From Schizochytrium sp. TIO01 (taxonomy: Eukaryota; Protista; Bigyra: Labyrinthulomycetes): a stretch of DNA of 64,000 bases. This document shows, in pieces, positions 23,132-33,514 of this stretch. Location: positions 2,413,648 through 2,477,647 of the forward strand of contig SMSO01000014.1 in the NCBI GenBank assembly GCA_004764695.1, given 5' to 3'. Made by a program: the position numbers and the translations under genes. The notes below the pieces were generated by a model. It was not told the DNA's origin. It made no database searches and was given only the letters and a program-made list of their open reading frames with translations. Within the stretch, counting starts at the first letter, position 1, and every line of letters starts with the position of its first letter.

Positions 23132-25417
23132 ATGGGGCAATCCAAATCGAGGTCGAGGAAACGGCGGGATATTGGCTCTACAACTGGGAAGCACTGGCCT
23201 AGCTCTCAAAGTACCAAAGCAGAAGCAAAAAATGAACTGGAGGCATCTAACCTTTCAGCATCAGGGCGCAAACTTCTCGTACAAGCTCTAAATAAAGATG
23301 AATGCACACCAATTGGAGATGAAAACAGTTCGATCAGCGGAAAAGGCAACGTTGATGAATCTAGTGATATCAATCTCTCGCTGAGTACATCTGATAGAAG
23401 GTCTCGAGGCCCTAGCCAAGGTCTGGTTCCGATTGTGCATTCTTCAGCGAATGACGGCTCAGACGGCTCAGACGGCTCCTCTTCTAGACTAGGCTCAGAA
23501 TCACTGCGAACAAAATTGTCTAATGACTCTCCGAGCTCGGTTTATGCCCTAAAGGCAAAACTATTGAGGCTACAATCAAGCCCAGGAAATGAGATTTGTG
23601 CAGATTGCCCTGCACCCTCATCCACTTGGGCCAGTACAACTTTTGGGGTGTTTGTATGTGCTAATTGTGCAGGAGCTCATCGGTCGCTGGGCGCGCATGT
23701 TTCATTCATGCAGTCCATAACTCTAGACCTTGACAATTGGAAACCAGAATGGACTGAACGCCTTGAGATGATTGGGAACGCGCGGTCAAACGCAAAGCTG
23801 GAGTTTTATGTGCCGCCAAGCTGGCCAAAGCCGGGAAATGAAACACCAGGTTCTTACTTAAGGGAGTATATCAAAGCCAAATATGATGATCAGCTGTTTT
23901 CTCGTGATCATAATGCAGACAAAGCTGCGGGACTTGACCCTGTACCTTGGGCTGAGCGAACCACACGCCTCACAAGGGCGAGTAATTCAATGGGTGTTGG
24001 CCGGATCGAATATGTCGGTATCGTTTCTGTTCGCGTATTAAAAGCTGAACATTTGACTCCAATGCCTGGAGCGATTCCACTGGCCCCGGCTCCTGCATTT
24101 TACACTAATCCCTACTGTGTTGTTCGTCTTGGACCTCATGAAGCCCGAACAAAAACGATTAACCGCACGTTAAATCCTGACTGGAATGAGGGTCCACCGG
24201 AAAATGTTCGCTTTAGTATGTCCTGGAATGGGGTAGCCTTGTTGGAAGTCTCGGTTTGGAATCATGAAAAAATTGGCAAAGATAAAATCATTGGATCTGC
24301 GCTTGTTGATATTAATCAATTGAAAGTTGATGCATCTGCTATTGATTCACTAATAAATCAATCAACGCAGCCAACGGGTATGCGAAGTGTCTGCGTCAAG
24401 CTTTTTGAATATCGCCCTCAAGCTGCTCAGGAGAGCTCGTTCAATGATTTATTAGACGAGGACGGAGCATCTTCGTCTTCAAATCTAGATTCATATTCTC
24501 AACTGTACAGTGACCAACGCTCTAAAGAATACCTTTCAGCTCACTTGGTTAATTCGCAGCCACTATCTAGGCACAGTAGCAGTAATAGTAGCAGTAATAG
24601 TAGCAGCAGCAGCAGCAGCAGCAGTAGTAGCAGTAGTAGCAGCAGCAACAGCAAGCATAGGGATTTAATTTGTACTAATGATGACCAGAATTGTGGCGAC
24701 GCATCACGACAACGTATTGAAGATAGAAGTGATAGCAGATTTCCAACAGTAGAGTTGTTGCACCACCAATGCCAGTTTTCAGGATCCAATCTGAGAAAAT
24801 CTATTGATGAACATGGTTTGAAATCTTTACTACCGCGTGATAGCTCGACAGAGGCCATTCTCCGGGCATCAACTACTGATCAGGAGCACGATGAGTTTGC
24901 GGATGGAGATACCTCAAGTGAAAATGAAGATGGTGACGAATTCAACACTGCGCCTTCACAATACGGCAATGACGATTTATTTCCTAAAGAACGAACAGAA
25001 GAAGGCACAGGTCACTTTTCAAATGTAGAGACGAGTGGAGCTAGAGTCAGAGCTAAACAATTCTCCAGCACAACTACTACCACTACCACTAGCACTAATA
25101 ACATCAACACAAGCAGAAGCTCCCAGGTATCCTCCGTTGTGAATAGTAGTAATGATACGGCCGTTCAAAGTCATCTAAATCGTGGGATGAAAAAATCGAG
25201 GCATGCCCGAAAGCGTAGTCTAACGAAGCTTCACCTTCGAGAGAAAATGAAGGATGCAGTTGAAAATCTCGTAAACGTTCTTTCTCAAACTGGAAATATT
25301 GATAGTGAATACTACATGGAAGAGGACAACGATGATCTCGGTAAAGCTCGGCGCGAACGAGGATACTTCTTTGTCGGTAAACTTCACCTCGAGCTCTCCT
25401 TTATGGATTTAAGGTAA
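23132..25417 (+). CDS. ArfGAP domain plus C2 domain protein (AGD11-13/ZAC-like architecture)
   Basis: CADC-x16-CANC zinc finger with GAHRSLG and YIKAKY. C2 domain: VSVRVLKAEHL, NPYCVV, RTKTINRTLNPDWNE, DKIIGSA. Poly-Ser tract. Confidence 0.9.
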   Translation: MGQSKSRSRKRRDIGSTTGKHWPSSQSTKAEAKNELEASNLSASGRKLLVQALNKDECTPIGDENSSISGKGNVDESSDINLSLSTSDRRSRGPSQGLVPIVHSSANDGSDGSDGSSSRLGSESLRTKLSNDSPSSVYALKAKLLRLQSSPGNEICADCPAPSSTWASTTFGVFVCANCAGAHRSLGAHVSFMQSITLDLDNWKPEWTERLEMIGNARSNAKLEFYVPPSWPKPGNETPGSYLREYIKAKYDDQLFSRDHNADKAAGLDPVPWAERTTRLTRASNSMGVGRIEYVGIVSVRVLKAEHLTPMPGAIPLAPAPAFYTNPYCVVRLGPHEARTKTINRTLNPDWNEGPPENVRFSMSWNGVALLEVSVWNHEKIGKDKIIGSALVDINQLKVDASAIDSLINQSTQPTGMRSVCVKLFEYRPQAAQESSFNDLLDEDGASSSSNLDSYSQLYSDQRSKEYLSAHLVNSQPLSRHSSSNSSSNSSSSSSSSSSSSSSSSNSKHRDLICTNDDQNCGDASRQRIEDRSDSRFPTVELLHHQCQFSGSNLRKSIDEHGLKSLLPRDSSTEAILRASTTDQEHDEFADGDTSSENEDGDEFNTAPSQYGNDDLFPKERTEEGTGHFSNVETSGARVRAKQFSSTTTTTTTSTNNINTSRSSQVSSVVNSSNDTAVQSHLNRGMKKSRHARKRSLTKLHLREKMKDAVENLVNVLSQTGNIDSEYYMEEDNDDLGKARRERGYFFVGKLHLELSFMDLR

Positions 25418-25509
25418 TCAAGCCGCAATTTGCCATATTCAACATTAAAATATACTTTGTAAAATCTTGAGAACATTTCGAATCCCTAAGCCTAATAATT
25501 TGATATTGT

Positions 25510-26193
25510 CTATGATAATGCTTCCAAGTCTGCCTTTGTGGAACGTATTACCATTAGGAGCTCATTCTTGACTCGGCGCTGAGTAATTATTTTTGCAGTA
25601 GCCATACCAGATGCCAGAAGTTTATCGCAAATATCATTAGGTTTGTTTTCCACGATGGCAATCAAATAAAATATCCCTTTCGAAGAGAGCAGACTGGATA
25701 CCCTTGGAAGCAGACGATCAAGAACCTCCCGCCCATCGATACCTCCAGCCCAAGACCTCGCAATCAAGGATTCTGAAATTTCCTCTGTTGGTGTCACCAC
25801 ATATGGTGGGTTAAACAAAAGGACATCAATTTTCCCTTCCATTGCAAAAGCCTGATCGAGATCGCATATCACAGCGTCTGCTGTGAAAACTTGATTATAT
25901 TCAGCTGTTCGCACGGCTGTTGCAGCAGCTACAGGGTTGATGTCAACCATGATCATTCCTGGGGGTGGGGAGAGTAAAGTGGAAAGAGCGGTTGAAACAC
26001 AGCCAGAACCCACGCCAAGCTCAACAGCAAGAGCTGGTCTCAAGGAGTCAAGTAGTGCCTTTTCGCTGTGAAGCGTGTCCACCAACAAGTATGTGTCATC
26101 CGATGGCTCGTACACAAACTCGTAGTCAGCCATTCGTAGATGCTTGAGGTCTGGGAGAGAGCATGCCTCTGGATCAACGAACCCTGCCATCAT
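25510..26193 (-). CDS. N6AMT1: HemK2/N6AMT1 (Mtq2) eRF1 glutamine methyltransferase
   Basis: VYEPSDDTYLLVD, ELGVGSG, DINP, LLFNPPYV, WAGGIDGREV. Confidence 0.93.
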   Translation of the reverse strand: MMAGFVDPEACSLPDLKHLRMADYEFVYEPSDDTYLLVDTLHSEKALLDSLRPALAVELGVGSGCVSTALSTLLSPPPGMIMVDINPVAAATAVRTAEYNQVFTADAVICDLDQAFAMEGKIDVLLFNPPYVVTPTEEISESLIARSWAGGIDGREVLDRLLPRVSSLLSSKGIFYLIAIVENKPNDICDKLLASGMATAKIITQRRVKNELLMVIRSTKADLEALS

Positions 26194-26966
26194 GAACAGA
26201 GTTGTGCACGGTATGCTTCTCTTTACGAACTAATTTGATCCTGCAGACCAGAAAAACCATACAACCCATTCATCTCTTTGTAGAGAATGGTCAGTAACAT
26301 CAGACTCCTATTACTCCTACCATATGTAGTCAGTACCTACCTCTAGGTGCAGAGAGATATGAGTTTTTAGCTAAGAGAGTGAGAGTGCCTCCACATCTGT
26401 TCTGGTACCATTGCGTCGATTGCTTTTGCATGTGCGTCGGTCTATTGAGTGATCTTGGTGTCTGCACTTCATTTAATAGAACATGTTCAAAAGGAAGGCT
26501 CAAAGGGCGACCTTCCACTATTTTACGAAATAAAAATAAAACGTCAACGAATACACCTACTACCTAACGAGTAGTTCTTTTGGTGATGAATTGTGGCATT
26601 CTTTAAAACTGAGTTTATTCATTCATATGATCAATCTATGAAGTTGATGTTCAATGAGCATTTCAGTTCCTGGTTCGTGAGTCGCGCGTATATAATCCCT
26701 AGCCATGGACTGGCATCTGGAGATGCCTTCACAAAGCTATTTGTAGTAATTGTGATGGTGTGAAGACAAACTACCTGGTCTAGCATAGTAGGTTACAATA
26801 CAATTCAAGGCCTAGCTGACATAAAAAAGGTTCCCGGTAATCCAAACCATAGTGTGGTGCACTCCATGTAAAAGTAGCAAGCACATAGATCTCAGGATTT
26901 GGTGCGTCGTTGTCCCAGAAAAAAATAAAAACAAAAACAGGAAACAAAAACATTAAGTCCTGTGCA

Positions 26967-26996
26967 TTATACTTATACTTATACTTATACTTTTAC
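26967..26996. repeat. (TTATAC)n hexanucleotide microsatellite, 4 perfect units plus 1 variant
   Basis: Directly visible. Confidence 0.8.
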
Positions 26997-27718
26997 TGAA
27001 ACTAAAATAATGATATGGATTATTCCAACTTATCAACAGTATCGAGATGTACTGCTCACCGAAGGTAAAGTTAACATTAAGGAGAATGCTGCATTATGAC
27101 GAAAGAGATCTTCAAATCACCAATCGTCATGAGCAATTTTTGCTTGAACGAAACTCAATCGCTTCACCACTGGTAATGCAAGTACCTAGGTACAAAGTAG
27201 CTAGTGCGTTTGATAAGGGTCTTTAAAACATACTGCTACCTGAAGATTCTATCTAATTAGTTAGTATTAGTCAGTGTCTCTCTTCACTTTTGAAAATTCG
27301 TAGAAAGATTTCTGAATTTTTTAAAATGGCGGTATTAACCAAGGACCCCGAGTGATAATTCTGACTTGAGTTTTCACCCAGGGCCAAGGAAAAAGTTTTA
27401 AACTAATCAGCCTATTGAGAATGGGTTTTAAGGGTTTAACTCTCAGCTACCTATCTCCTACTACGTATGGTAAGTGTACACCCACAACTAGAAATTTTAA
27501 ATAGATAAAAAAGAAAAGAATACAGAAAGAAAATTATGTAGTACTACAATATAGGTGTGCTTTTCCTTCTGCTCACTCCAAACATCGTACGTGGACTCTT
27601 CTTGTCCAGTTGCTCACCAAATCCCTGACGCTTGCCCTGTGAAGGCAACAGGGCGTCCGGAACGAAGGTGGTAAGCTTACCTAAGCTTAGTTTCTGGGCT
27701 ACGTTGTGAAACCTTAAG

Positions 27719-29326
27719 ATGAGCCTTGCTCCCACCGTGGTCGTCGGAGACGCACCAAATGCCGCACCGACCTCTCGTCGAAGGCTCTCCTTCGATATAG
27801 AGGCGACAAGCTTAACGATACTCTCTCAAGTTCCGAATCAAGTCTCTAGAGGAGTTCTTCTCCTAGCATTTGTGTTTGTTTTCACGCTTTTCTTCAGTAT
27901 TGCAGAACTTTTTGCGGGCCTTGCCTCGCAGTCTTTACTCTTGGTTGAGGAATCCGTACATATGTTTGCTGACTCAGTGAGCTTTGGCATTTCTCTTTGG
28001 GCTGAGTTTAAGTCCGAGACAGAGCACTCCGAACGTGCCAATCTAATTGGAGCAGGCATTAGTTTGCTCACTTTGACGATAACAATGTTTGCAATTGGTA
28101 TTGAAAGTGTGAGGCGGATTTTCCATCTCCATGACCACGCCGTAGAGGTCAACTCAGGGACAATGCTTGGGTTTGGGCTGGTCCTTTCGTGTTTTCATCT
28201 TTTTTGCTTAGCTCTTTACTTCTGCGGTGGTATTTCAGTTCACTCGCATGAGCAGCACGTAAACCACGATTGTGCATCGCACAACCTTGTCTTAGCGAAC
28301 GACAAATGTGACTCTTCCGATGAGATTGTTCACAGCGATGAATGCTATGACGATCACCATGAACTTGTTTGCACCCATCACCATCATCACTTTCATCATG
28401 AAGACAACTGTGCGTCTGCCTCTGAAGGACTTCGAATTTCGCATATCAAAGCTGAGAAGGCCCTTGGCCACGGTAGAAAACAAAATGGAGAGCACTCATT
28501 CACGAAGGTTCCTCTCACTTCAGTTCATTTAACTTCTAACATTTATGATAAAGATACTCATGAAGTCGACAAAGAACATGTGCATCCGGTTCACCCAGAG
28601 GCCTGTTCTAGCCATCAAGGGTGCGCTCATGGCCACTCGCATGGAGATGGCAACATAGAGCCAGTTTCCTCTTCAAGTCAGAGCTCGGATGATGATCTCC
28701 ACGGCCACAGTCATGGCCATAATCACAACCACGGCCACAGCCACGGCCACAGCCACGGCCATGGTGGTAGTCATAGTGACAGCTATAGCGTCAGCCATGG
28801 CCAGGGCCATGGCCAAAACGGGTCAAACGGAAACTCATGCTATGATCACAATCATGAAGACCAACATCAGGATAAACACGGTTCCCATGGACATTCCCAT
28901 GGACATTCTCATGATCATGAGCATGGTTGCGATGCCCACCATCACGAAGAATGTTCGCATGGACACAGTCACTCGTGTTGTGGGATTGATCACACTTCTC
29001 TAAACATGGCATCGGCGGTGTTTCATATATTTATTGACTTTATGCATTCCTTTTTCGTAGTGGTTACTGCACTTTTTATTCGGGCAATCGGACCCACAAG
29101 TCCATTCGCTGGGATCGTTGATGCTGTTTCTTCTCTAATTGTAGCCGGAATCATTGGAGGAGGTGTTTTTATCCTAGCGCGCGAGTTTTTTGCAAGATGC
29201 AAGGAATCGTCTTACTTTCAGGCGCAACTCTCAAGTGACAAGGTTGAAAACAGTGCTTCATTAAAAAGCAGTCAAGAACACCCTACTATGGATTCTTGCC
29301 GTCTACAGCCAATGACCATAGCTTGA
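27719..29326 (+). CDS. Cation diffusion facilitator (ZnT/MTP) metal transporter with very long His-rich loop
   Basis: TM2 HMFAD and TM5 NMASAVFHIFID metal-site motifs, six hydrophobic segments, (HGHS)n loop between TM4 and TM5. Confidence 0.9.
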   Translation: MSLAPTVVVGDAPNAAPTSRRRLSFDIEATSLTILSQVPNQVSRGVLLLAFVFVFTLFFSIAELFAGLASQSLLLVEESVHMFADSVSFGISLWAEFKSETEHSERANLIGAGISLLTLTITMFAIGIESVRRIFHLHDHAVEVNSGTMLGFGLVLSCFHLFCLALYFCGGISVHSHEQHVNHDCASHNLVLANDKCDSSDEIVHSDECYDDHHELVCTHHHHHFHHEDNCASASEGLRISHIKAEKALGHGRKQNGEHSFTKVPLTSVHLTSNIYDKDTHEVDKEHVHPVHPEACSSHQGCAHGHSHGDGNIEPVSSSSQSSDDDLHGHSHGHNHNHGHSHGHSHGHGGSHSDSYSVSHGQGHGQNGSNGNSCYDHNHEDQHQDKHGSHGHSHGHSHDHEHGCDAHHHEECSHGHSHSCCGIDHTSLNMASAVFHIFIDFMHSFFVVVTALFIRAIGPTSPFAGIVDAVSSLIVAGIIGGGVFILAREFFARCKESSYFQAQLSSDKVENSASLKSSQEHPTMDSCRLQPMTIA

Positions 29327-30795
29327 GTTAAGATGACAAAGTGTGCCGGTACTGCAAGTTCAGATTAGTTTTGAGCGCGATGGCATGCATTAATTGGTGC
29401 AAGCGATGGTTTTCCTTTCCTTGGTTTCTTCAAGAATGAGGAGAAACTGGGGTATACATGACTAGGCATGGGGTACATTTCAGTTTGGATATGTGTTGGG
29501 CATGATATACTTTAATTTAGATTATTTATCTAAAAAGTGGTTAAAAGTTGACAACGATGCATGGGCTTCTCTATAATGAAATCTACATTTTTTCTGTTTT
29601 GGAGGAGGGGATATATATTTTTTTGGTACTCTTGTTATTTTGAAAATGTTCATCTTGCATTGGTTTTTTATCGGAAGGGATGCAAGAGTACTAAAGAATT
29701 AATAGCGCCATTCATAGGATATGAATTTAGAGCCACCTTGAGTTCCAAATAGATACTACGGCACCTTTTCAAACGGTGAAACAGATACAAGTTGGGAGAA
29801 AACATCCTACAGCATCTTCAGAGCTGATTTTTATTTAATTTTATTCACAAGTCAGTCAGTCTAGTTCGAATTTGAATTTAGCAGTTTCTTGGCTTTATAG
29901 ATTTGTTTACTATTTATTTATTTTAAAAATTAATAATAAACACTCTGAGAAGCAGTGCAAGCATGTTTACTTTGCTATCCTCTGGGTTTCCGCAAGTTTC
30001 AAAGAGCCCTCCCCACCAAAAAAAAACTCGAATTGGAATAAACTGTTTCTCAGCATGCGATTTAACCCTATATGAATCTGACAATCTTTTTTTGTTCTTC
30101 TTTATTATCCTAATAAATGAATTTTAAAAAAGAAGAGGAAACATGTATAAGTGATCATAGGAGAACTTTCTGATAGAAAATATTCGTGGCGTTCTGAAGA
30201 ATGAGTTGCATTCGAAATATAGCGTATGCCTTTTAATTCAACCATACTGGGTTGATCCATCCTTGATACTCTTTCCTCAATGCTGAATTCATAGACATGA
30301 TTAGCTTTGGTACTCCTATTCTGCCTTGATAGGGGCGCACACCCTGGAAATGTCCGTTCAAGGTTCCAAAAGTGCAAATGGCGCGGAAGATTGTGTTCTT
30401 CTACAGACTGAGATATATCTGTGGAGCACTCTCGGAGGGGACAGCTTTAATAAGGCCCTATCCGCGCCGCACGGGCCAGCCAAGCAAGAACTAGCACTTT
30501 TTGTGGAAGGCATGAAAAAGAGCTTTGTCAGCACGTGAATGTAGCAGAGCCGAGCGAAGTCGGTGTCGAAGCACGACAGGCGCAGCTAAGTAAATTCGGT
30601 GGCACGAGGCCCGAGGCACGAGCACAAACACCTGTCGGACGTGGACCATAGAGACTTGCAAAGGAGGAAGCTTTTACTAAGGCCTAGCAGCAGATAGCAC
30701 GCCTGTGCAAGTTTGCGGCGCGTAAGTATATACCTCGCTTCAAGTGGCGCTGTGCGCGCCTTGGCGTGCACAGCAACCGAGGAATTATCTGAGTC

Positions 30796-32490
30796 ATGCA
30801 TCGCTATAAGCTGCTAGCCAAGAAGGGCGAGGGCACCTTTTCTGAAGTAATTCGAGCAAAATGCCTCACCAACAACCGCGAAGTGGCTATAAAGGTCATG
30901 CGGAATAAATTTGAGTCTCTAGAGCAGGTCAATTCGCTGAGAGAAATTCAAGCCCTACGACGACTCTCACCTGACGCAGGCATCATTAAGTTATACGAAG
31001 TTCTTTTCGATGAAGCAAGTGGGCGCCTTGCTTTAGTTTTTGAGCTGATGCAGATGAATCTGTATGAGCTTATCCGTGGTCGCAAAAACTTTCTACCTGA
31101 AGCACAAATCAAAAGTATTCTATATCAAGTTCTTCGAGCTGTCGATCGAATGCATCGTAATTCGATTTTCCACAGGGATCTCAAACCAGAAAATATATTG
31201 GTAACGCCACAGACTCTAGGTGGTCCGAGTCCAGCGGACCCAGTCGCAGCAGGAAATAACTTATTGGTCAAGGTTGCTGACTTTGGATCATGCAGGGGCA
31301 TCTATTCCAAACAACCATATACAGAGTATATTGCAACGCGCTGGTATCGTGCTCCCGAGTGCTTGCTTACATCAGGTTATTACTCCTTCCGAATGGACCT
31401 TTGGGCGATAGGATGTATTGCATTTGAGATAATCGCTTTATTTCCTTTGTTCCCGGGATCTAATGAACTTGACCAAATTGAGCGTATACATAACATCATG
31501 GGAACTCCTGACGACGAGATCCTTGGCAAGTTTAAACGCTTTGCGACACACATAGATTTCAACTTTGCAAAGAAGAAAGGTGCAGGTATTGCACCCATGA
31601 TCCCACATGTCGACCAGCATTGTATTGACCTCATTCAAAAATTGTTAGCTTATGACCCAGAGGAACGTATGTCAGCTAGGCAAGCACTTCGACATCCGTA
31701 CTTCCGCGAACTCCGTCATGCTGACAAGAAAAGAGAGAAAGCCCATAAACTATCCAAGTCGGGGGGTGATGCATCTTCAGATGTTGGAGATGGGCCACGT
31801 GATCTCCAGGCAAAATTTCGAAAGAACAAAGCGGGGGTGCGTGGAGGAGCGAGAGGAGGAATGAACCGTAAAAATCTTCCTCATATACCCGGCAAGTTTG
31901 GCACTGGAGGGGAGTCAGAAAAGCTACACGGACCAAACCTGACAGATCCTCGCAATCCTGTCGCTTTGCCAAATCTTCCTCATCAGAACAAGTATCGAAA
32001 GGAGGCCGGAAGCCTTGCGCAGCAGCCACACGCGCATATTCGCCAGGCACCTTACTTGAATAAGATTCCAGATGGCCCAGCACATAGCAGCAACAATCAC
32101 ACGGATAGCAGTGGAAGTCATGCTGGAATCCATGCGAAAAATAAATATCTTACACATGCTCCAAACGACACCAGTACAATAGCCGGGGTTGCAGATCATG
32201 GAAATAGTACTGAGACAATACATTCAAAGTCTAAACATCGACGCAGTCAAAACTCTTACGGCCCGATTGTACAGGGTGATGGGGCAACAGGTCCTTTATC
32301 TGGGGCAAACCAAGTTGTACCTGGCAAATCTAAGCGGGGAGGAGGACAAGCCGGAGTATCCAAGAAGTACGGACACTCCAAAGCAGTTGCAACAGTACAT
32401 AAAGCTCAATATGCTACATACAAAAGTACCTACCAGAGTCCTTATTCCCAGAAGTATCTTGCAAGAAGTAGAGTTCCGGGTATTTTGTAA
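30796..32490 (+). CDS. MOK: MAPK/MAK/MRK overlapping kinase (MOK/RAGE-like Ser/Thr kinase)
   Basis: KKGEGTFSEV, EQVNSLREIQALRRL, HRDLKPENIL, DFGSCRG, YTEYIATRWYRAPECLLT (TEY activation loop), low-complexity C-terminal tail. Confidence 0.92.
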   Translation: MHRYKLLAKKGEGTFSEVIRAKCLTNNREVAIKVMRNKFESLEQVNSLREIQALRRLSPDAGIIKLYEVLFDEASGRLALVFELMQMNLYELIRGRKNFLPEAQIKSILYQVLRAVDRMHRNSIFHRDLKPENILVTPQTLGGPSPADPVAAGNNLLVKVADFGSCRGIYSKQPYTEYIATRWYRAPECLLTSGYYSFRMDLWAIGCIAFEIIALFPLFPGSNELDQIERIHNIMGTPDDEILGKFKRFATHIDFNFAKKKGAGIAPMIPHVDQHCIDLIQKLLAYDPEERMSARQALRHPYFRELRHADKKREKAHKLSKSGGDASSDVGDGPRDLQAKFRKNKAGVRGGARGGMNRKNLPHIPGKFGTGGESEKLHGPNLTDPRNPVALPNLPHQNKYRKEAGSLAQQPHAHIRQAPYLNKIPDGPAHSSNNHTDSSGSHAGIHAKNKYLTHAPNDTSTIAGVADHGNSTETIHSKSKHRRSQNSYGPIVQGDGATGPLSGANQVVPGKSKRGGGQAGVSKKYGHSKAVATVHKAQYATYKSTYQSPYSQKYLARSRVPGIL

Positions 32491-33247
32491 TTAAATTTCT
32501 ACTTCTGACTGCTTGTACGTTATTGATTTCCAAGACTGTTTTAACCTGATCAGAAATTGTATCGCTATTATATTGATCCTTCGGAGGTTCTCCAAATGAC
32601 GTGTACACTCAGCTGGCCTCATCTCGAAACAGAGCATGTTTTCTTGCCACAGTCCACATAGATGAGGTTAGGACTCTGGAAGAAAAATGAAAAGAAAAAA
32701 AAATGAAAACAACAATGTTAATTTACTTTGGCTTTGCTGATTTTCATACCTTGTAGGTATGTACAGAGATATCTACGAAGAAAAATAGAGTGATTTGTCA
32801 ACGCATGAAAGTAGGGGAGAAGGAAATATGAAAGTTGGTTTTGGCAATGGGTGGCATATGCATGGGAAATTTCTCTCCTTACCTGAACTCGTTACTCATT
32901 TCTTTGATCGCGTGTGTCCTTTAGCTGAGAGCATTCCAGAGCAGCTTTTATGGCAAGGAAAAACTGCAAGGTTTTGTTTCTTATTTTCACAGCAGATTAA
33001 GCTCTCGCATCTAAAGTGTAAAATGTTCAACTTTACTTGAAAACCCATAATTTCTCGCAAATTTGTTTGTGCGATTGAGAACATGTGAATAGTGAGATAC
33101 GATTATGGCAATCTGAGAAACAGTGAAGAAGTGGAAGGTCAAAAACAAATGTGCGAGATAGGAACTAAGGACAAAAGAGAGATTCGCAAGACCAGCCTAG
33201 AACAGGGAAAATTGTCATTATCGCAAGAAAATCCCGCACCAGCTAAC

Positions 33248-33514
33248 CTAAGCATCCTTCTTTTTCTCCCATTGTGCAGGGGTATAGGTCTTCAATTCAA
33301 CGGCATGGATATGGTTCATAGCCTCATCGATAGCCTCCTGAACCATCCGGTGTCTCTCAAGGAGCTTGACTCCTTCGAATGCGTCAGTGACGACAGTGAT
33401 ACGGAACTTGTCGCCGCAGCCGTCAGAAAGGTCTATAATTTCGAGATGAGACACGTTCGCAACAGATTCACGGATCATCCGCTCCAGTGACTCGGGCGTC
33501 TCTGAAACAGCCAT
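33248..33514 (-). CDS. BOLA2: BolA2-like protein
   Basis: DLSDGCGDKF, FEGVKLLERHRMV, IHAVELKTYTPAQW. Confidence 0.92.
   Translation of the reverse strand: MAVSETPESLERMIRESVANVSHLEIIDLSDGCGDKFRITVVTDAFEGVKLLERHRMVQEAIDEAMNHIHAVELKTYTPAQWEKKKDA

Noticed and set aside
24541-24858. Poly-Leu ORF (also the poly-Ser ORF at 44138-44413)
   Set aside because: Antisense readings of coding trinucleotide repeats.
33092-33490. 132-aa plus-strand ORF
   Set aside because: Antisense to the well-supported BolA2 gene.
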